In this document: piece by piece, positions 59,151 to 64,000 of the stretch
How the letters are laid out: every line of letters starts with the position of its first letter
Position numbering within the stretch: the stretch's first letter is position 1
Program-made: the position numbers and the translations under genes
DNA from: Eledone cirrhosa
Lineage: Eukaryota
Assembly (NCBI GenBank): GCA_964016885.1
Contig: OZ024743.1
Span: forward strand, 275,776,001-275,840,000
Length of the DNA stretch: 64,000 nt
Direction: 5' to 3'
The notes under the pieces: model-generated
The model's input: the letters and a program-made list of their open reading frames with translations, nothing else
The model's database searches: none
Told to the model about the DNA's origin: nothing

Positions 59151-60599
59151 TTCCACAGTGCTATTGAGTTTGTTGTTGTTTTTGTGGAAGTAATGTTGGA
59201 AAAAGAACTGTATATATGTATGTAAGGTTGGATGGCAAATGTCAAGCTTTTGTTTGCAAAGTAAAATAATTCTAAAGCCTCAGACAGGCTCAATTCCTGC
59301 TAGTGTGGCAGTGTGGTGACAGGGAGAAGTTATATGGCTATATAGAGAGCTGATATGTTGTTATTCTGTTGTTGTTGCTGTTGTTGTGGTGGCAATAGTG
59401 GAGCCAATGGTGCTGCTGGTGAAAAGAAGGTGATGGTGGTGGTGGTGGTTGAGGCTTGAGGAGAGATTTAGTATTTATGTATATGAGAGAATGCATTTAT
59501 GTGTGTGTGTATGAGAGAAGGAGACAGAAAGGGAAAGAGTGAGAGAGAAGGAGACAGAAAGGGAAAGAGTGAGAGAGAGAGAGAGAGAAAGGGAAAGAGT
59601 GAGAGATAGAGTGTGTGTAAAACAATATATGCACATGTTATGTTTGAATATGTGCTGGAGAGTATGTATGAATATATGTGTATCTGAGTAACAGTGTGTG
59701 TGTGTGTGTGTGTGTGTACCTCTGTGTAATTATGTGTGTGTTGCTCTGTCCTTTACATTACATATACATAAGCCAATAATAAATATATAAATAAATTTCT
59801 AATTTTTTTTATAACAAACAACAAAACTTCACACCTTAAAAATAGGAGAGGCATAAGACTGAATGGGAGGGGGTTTAGATAGCTAGATAAGAGGTGAAAA
59901 TAAATAGAAATATAAGTTTGAGAGAGAGATGGAGATGAGGAGAGTGGAGACAGTTATATAGAGATATGAGGTGAAAGATACAGAGATATAAGAAGTGAAG
60001 GTAGAGAGATATAGATAGATAGATAGACAGATGAGAGAGGGAGAGAGAAAGATGAGGTAGAAGAGAAAAAAAACTGATTTAACTGATTTATTAGTAGCTA
60101 ACACCACCACCTCCATTCCAACACTAAGTCAGATTGGTTGTTAGTTTAAATATAGTCACTACATGTGTGAGTGAGTGCGTGTATGTGTGTACATTCTATG
60201 TAGAAAATAAAATAACAAGTGTAAGATCTTATTCTGTGGTTTTGTGTAAAGCCAATACACAACAAAAACGATGTCTTCACTTTAATAAATTGAGATGGCT
60301 TAAGATGCTTGCTCTTATCTCTTCAAACTAAAGAGAGTGAGAAAAGGAGAGAGAGAATGAAAGAGAGCCTATACAGTTGTGTGTGTATGTATGTATGGAT
60401 AAAAGTGAAGAAAGAGAGAAAGTAAACAAGAACCCTTTGAATATGTATTAGCATAAGTCAGTGTATGTTTTATTATTTTAGTTGTTTAACCCCTGGTCAG
60501 CCCGGATTGAACAGATCTATGATCAAAAGAAATTCCAGTCTTGATCCTTTTGTCTTTTTAGGAGTGCACAGCACAACATTATTTGATGTATCCACAGAC

Positions 60600-60790
60600 G
60601 GTGGATTGGCAGTATCGTTAGAGAGTCGGACGCCATGCTTTGCAGCAAAGAGTTACAGCCCTTTACGGTCTGAGTTCAAATCCCGCCAAGGTTAACTTTG
60701 CCTTTCACCCTTACAGGGTCGATAAAATAAAGTACCAGTAATACACTGGAATAATTGCTGGCCTTGTGCCAAAAGTAGAAACAATTATTT
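60600..60790 (+). mobile_element. tRNA-derived SINE, second family
   Basis: Closely similar to 54668-54855. Confidence 0.8.
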
Positions 60791-61134
60791 GATGTATCCT
60801 GCCATGGTGCTAATGTTACAAGTTACAATGAGTGTTGGTGTCACAATAACATGTACACAGTACATACTGTAAAGTAGATGGTATTAGGAAGGGCATCTAG
60901 CCATAGAAACCATAACAAAATGATCAAAATGAAACATATGAACAAGATGTGGTTCTGACCTGTTTAGTCACAGAATGTGACAACCCATCCAACCCATATC
61001 AGCATGGAAAACATATGTAAAACAATGAAGATTATATAAGTAATTATGTCTTAATACATCCAGTCAACTCATCACCATCGTCAAAATGAGAATGTCACCA
61101 GAATATTCAACCTGTTCTTAACAAAAAAATCAGC

Positions 61135-61600
61135 TTAACCCTTTAGCATTTACATTATATATATTATTGTATTTTCGTGGTAAAGACTTTATCTCACATA
61201 ATATCGAATCTATGGGATTTTGATATTATTTATTTTGAGAACAATGCCTTAACATCAGTATGAGCAGCTGGTTACCGCCAGTTTAAACAGAAAGAGGTGA
61301 GAGAATTCTGGCCGAATATGGCCAGTTTAAATGCTAAAGAGTTAACCCTTTTAACCATATTTCTAATGAAAATAACTGTATTTAAATAATTGTGAAAATA
61401 AGCAAGAATATTGAGAGGGATTTAGTAATGTAACTAACTTCCTTATTATTTAACTTGGAGTTGGAGCTTAATTTTGCAAAGGTTCTTATATAAAATTATG
61501 ATGGAAGATTTTTAGATAAATATAAATTCTTTTAAAACAAACAGCTTAGTATCTTAGAACCAGGGGCAGTTTCAGGTGGTTTGGTATCAAAAGAGCTAAG
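61135..61600. mobile_element. Two adjacent piggyBac-type MITEs sharing a TTAA
   Basis: First at 61135-61345 (TTAACCCTTTAGCATTTA...TAAATGCTAAAGAGTTAA); second at 61342-~61600 ending TTGGTATCAAAAGAGCTAA. Relatives of the second at ~22450-22676, ~52927, ~55800-56035. Confidence 0.65.
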
Positions 61601-61942
61601 ATGGCATTTGTAATATAACATAACATACTGTGCTTATATAAAATTATGTTGGAAAATTTTACTTTACATAGGAATTTCATTTAATTTTTCTCCCTCCTTT
61701 AAAATGGGTGATTTTGTTTCACAGAACCAGCAGCAGTTTTTGGTTGGGTTGGGTTGGAATAAAAAATATTAAATTAAAACTAGAGTCATCTAACCAATGC
61801 TATTGTGGAAGAATGGACGTAAAATTGTGATGATGATGATGAGAGAGGAGAAGGCATGAGGAAGAGTTAGGGTAAAAGGAAGTATGCCAATGCCATGCAA
61901 GAAGCATGAAAAACACTTTTAATTAATGCAGATGACAGATTA

Positions 61943-64000
61943 CACTGGTCTGCGTTTCAAAACTTTTTTAAAAAGGTCAAGGTTTTTCCAAATGATTTAG
62001 GACCCTTTTTGCATGCTGAATTCAAAAATACAGTTTATTTTTCTGGGTCAGGTCTGGTTTCTAAGATATAGTCTATTTCTTTTCCAGCATATTTTTCTAA
62101 AATATCGCAATCCAAGTGTTTATGGGCTTTGCTTTTGCAAAACCGGGTCGTGGGTAACCTTTAATAATTATTTTTATTTTTAGGTCTAGAAAAATGGATC
62201 GGAAGTGTAAAAACCATCCTAATAGGTTCTGTTACATCTGCGGACATGTGGTTCTTCCAGACCGTCAAGCAAAAATCACGGATTTTGTGAAGAAGGCATA
62301 TCACGCTTACTTTGGAGTCAAACTAGGGGACCAGGATAAGCTATTCGCTCCCCATATCTGCTGCAAAACATGTGTAGAGAACTTACGGGATTGGAGGAAC
62401 AAGAAAAGGAAGAGTATGCCATTTGGTGTCCCAATGGTGTGGAGGGAAGGGAAAGATCACGTTACCGACTGCTACTTTTGCATGACAAATCTAAAAGGCA
62501 TCAATCGCAAGAACAAGCACCATGTTCAATACCCTGATGTTCCTTCTGCCATAAAGCCAGTCACCCATGACCCCGATTTTCCTGTTCCTGAGCCAAATGT
62601 CACCATGGAATCTAGTTCTGATTCCGAATCTAGTGACATGATTGATACAGCTAAGTGTGATGAATACAGGTCAGAAGAGGACGACCAACCGGTGCCTTTG
62701 ACCCAAGCCAAACTCAATGACCTGACACGAGACCTGAACCTTTCGAAGGAGTCTGCCCAGCTACTGGGTTCTCGTCTTCGAGAGAAACGTCTACTGGCGC
62801 CAGGAACAACATTCTATTGGTATCGGGACTGCGAGAGAGAATTTAGAAAATTCTTCATGTTTGATGAAGCATCTTCACTGGTCTACTGTAGCAATATTGT
62901 TGACCTGCTTGAATTACTTGGTCTGAAGTATGATGCTATGGAATGGAGACTTTTCATTGACTCATCTAACAGAAGTCTCAAAGCAGTTCTTCTGAATATC
63001 GGAAACAAGTTTTCATCGATCCCTGTTGGGCACTCAGTTGAAATGAAAGAATCCCACAAAAGCATGGAACGTCTGTTGTCTGCTCTGAACTACCAGAAAC
63101 ATAAATGGTTGATCTGTGGAGATCTTAAAGTTGTTGGACTCATCCTAGGACTTCAAGGTGGTTACACAAAGTATCCATGCTTTCTGTGCTTATGACCAGC
63201 ATTATGTCAGACAAGAGTGGCCATTAAGACAAGGATTAAAACCTGGATCACACAACGTTTTGTCCCACCCTCTGGTTGAACCGAGCAAGATATTGCTTCC
63301 AACCCTCCACACCAAACTCGGTCTCATGAAGAACTTTGTAAAGGCATTGGACAGGGAAGGTGGAGAATTTGCTTTCCTCCATCAGAAGTTTCAACGAAAA
63401 AGCATGGAGAAAATTAAGGCAGGTATATTTGATGGTCCTCAAATAAGGGAACTCATCAAGGATACTAGTTTTGATGATGCACTGAATCCTGCTGAACTCT
63501 CTGCCTGGTTGTCCCTTAAGTCAGTCATTGCAAACTTCCTTGGCAACCACAGAAGTTCCCAGTATCAGAAGGTGGTTGATGAGTTAATGGAGAATTTCCG
63601 CCAACTTGGTGCGCGCGTGTCAGTGAAAATGCACTTCCTCCGGTCTCATCTGGACTATTTTCCAGAGAATTGTGGAGACTTCAGTGAAGAACATGGTGAG
63701 CGCTTTCACCAATATATCAGTGTTATGGAGGAACGCTATCAAGGCTGATGGGATGTCAACTTTCTGGCCGACTACTGCTGGTGCCTAAAGAGGGATGCGC
63801 AGTCTGCTCAGCACAAACGGAAGTCCCTGAAGAGACCATTCATCCATGAGTAGCTTCCTTAGTTCATTATACTCTTCTTGCTATCTATTCAAAATATTTT
63901 GTAAGCCTTCTGTGAATAAATCAGTCTAATATTTTCAATATTGCGTTTTATTCACCTACAAATAGATCGGAATTTAGGATATTTTTAATGTGCTAATATT
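61943..64000 (+). mobile_element. Chapaev(3)-type (CMC superfamily) DNA transposon; right end not identified within the window
   Basis: Begins CACTGG after TTA and carries a transposase pseudogene with the family's Cys/His-rich N-terminus. Confidence 0.72.
62194..63853 (+). pseudogene. Chapaev-type transposase, disrupted
   Basis: Motifs FCYICG, HICCKTC, WRE..DH.TDCYFC, LNDLTRDL, WRLFIDSS, ICGDLK, GYTKYPCFLC, LH.KLG, KMHFL, SEEHGERFHQ. Frameshifting deletion near 63192 and in-frame TGA at 63746-63748 (probably CGA>TGA); the frame then continues WDVNFLADYCW to TAG at 63851-63853. Confidence 0.85.

Overview
AT-rich, microsatellite-dense animal genomic DNA; the SINE/LINE repertoire suggests an octopus, which is an inference. 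The whole window lies inside a minus-strand TCF/LEF (pangolin/TCF7L2-like) gene. The first HMG-box exon is at 29018-29204, followed by two paralogous 163-nt exons for the second half of the HMG box plus basic tail (27897-28059 and 18880-19042) whose splice phases make them mutually exclusive. Several small candidate cassette, terminal and alternative-first exons are also visible; I found no beta-catenin-binding or C-clamp exons. The main discovery is at 34832-40469: about 11.8 near-identical copies of a 478-bp unit, arranged as two divergent arrays (a 5.6-kb palindrome) inside a (TA)n tract. Each complete unit carries a minimal type I hammerhead ribozyme (stem I-CUGAUGA-stem II-GAAAC-UA-GUA-stem I'), 11 in total. 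This looks like a freshly inserted non-LTR retrozyme (Penelope-mobilised, circRNA-templated), and its geometry fits rolling-circle reverse transcription primed from both ends of a break. Other mobile elements are a young 5'-truncated RTE LINE with an open RT ORF and PHD-like finger, tRNA-derived SINEs sharing its 3' end, Tc1/mariner- and piggyBac-type MITEs, CRE and RTE relics, and a pseudogenised Chapaev-type transposon. Nearly all long ORFs in the supplied track are microsatellite artefacts. Coordinates were read by hand, and those of degenerate repeats are approximate.
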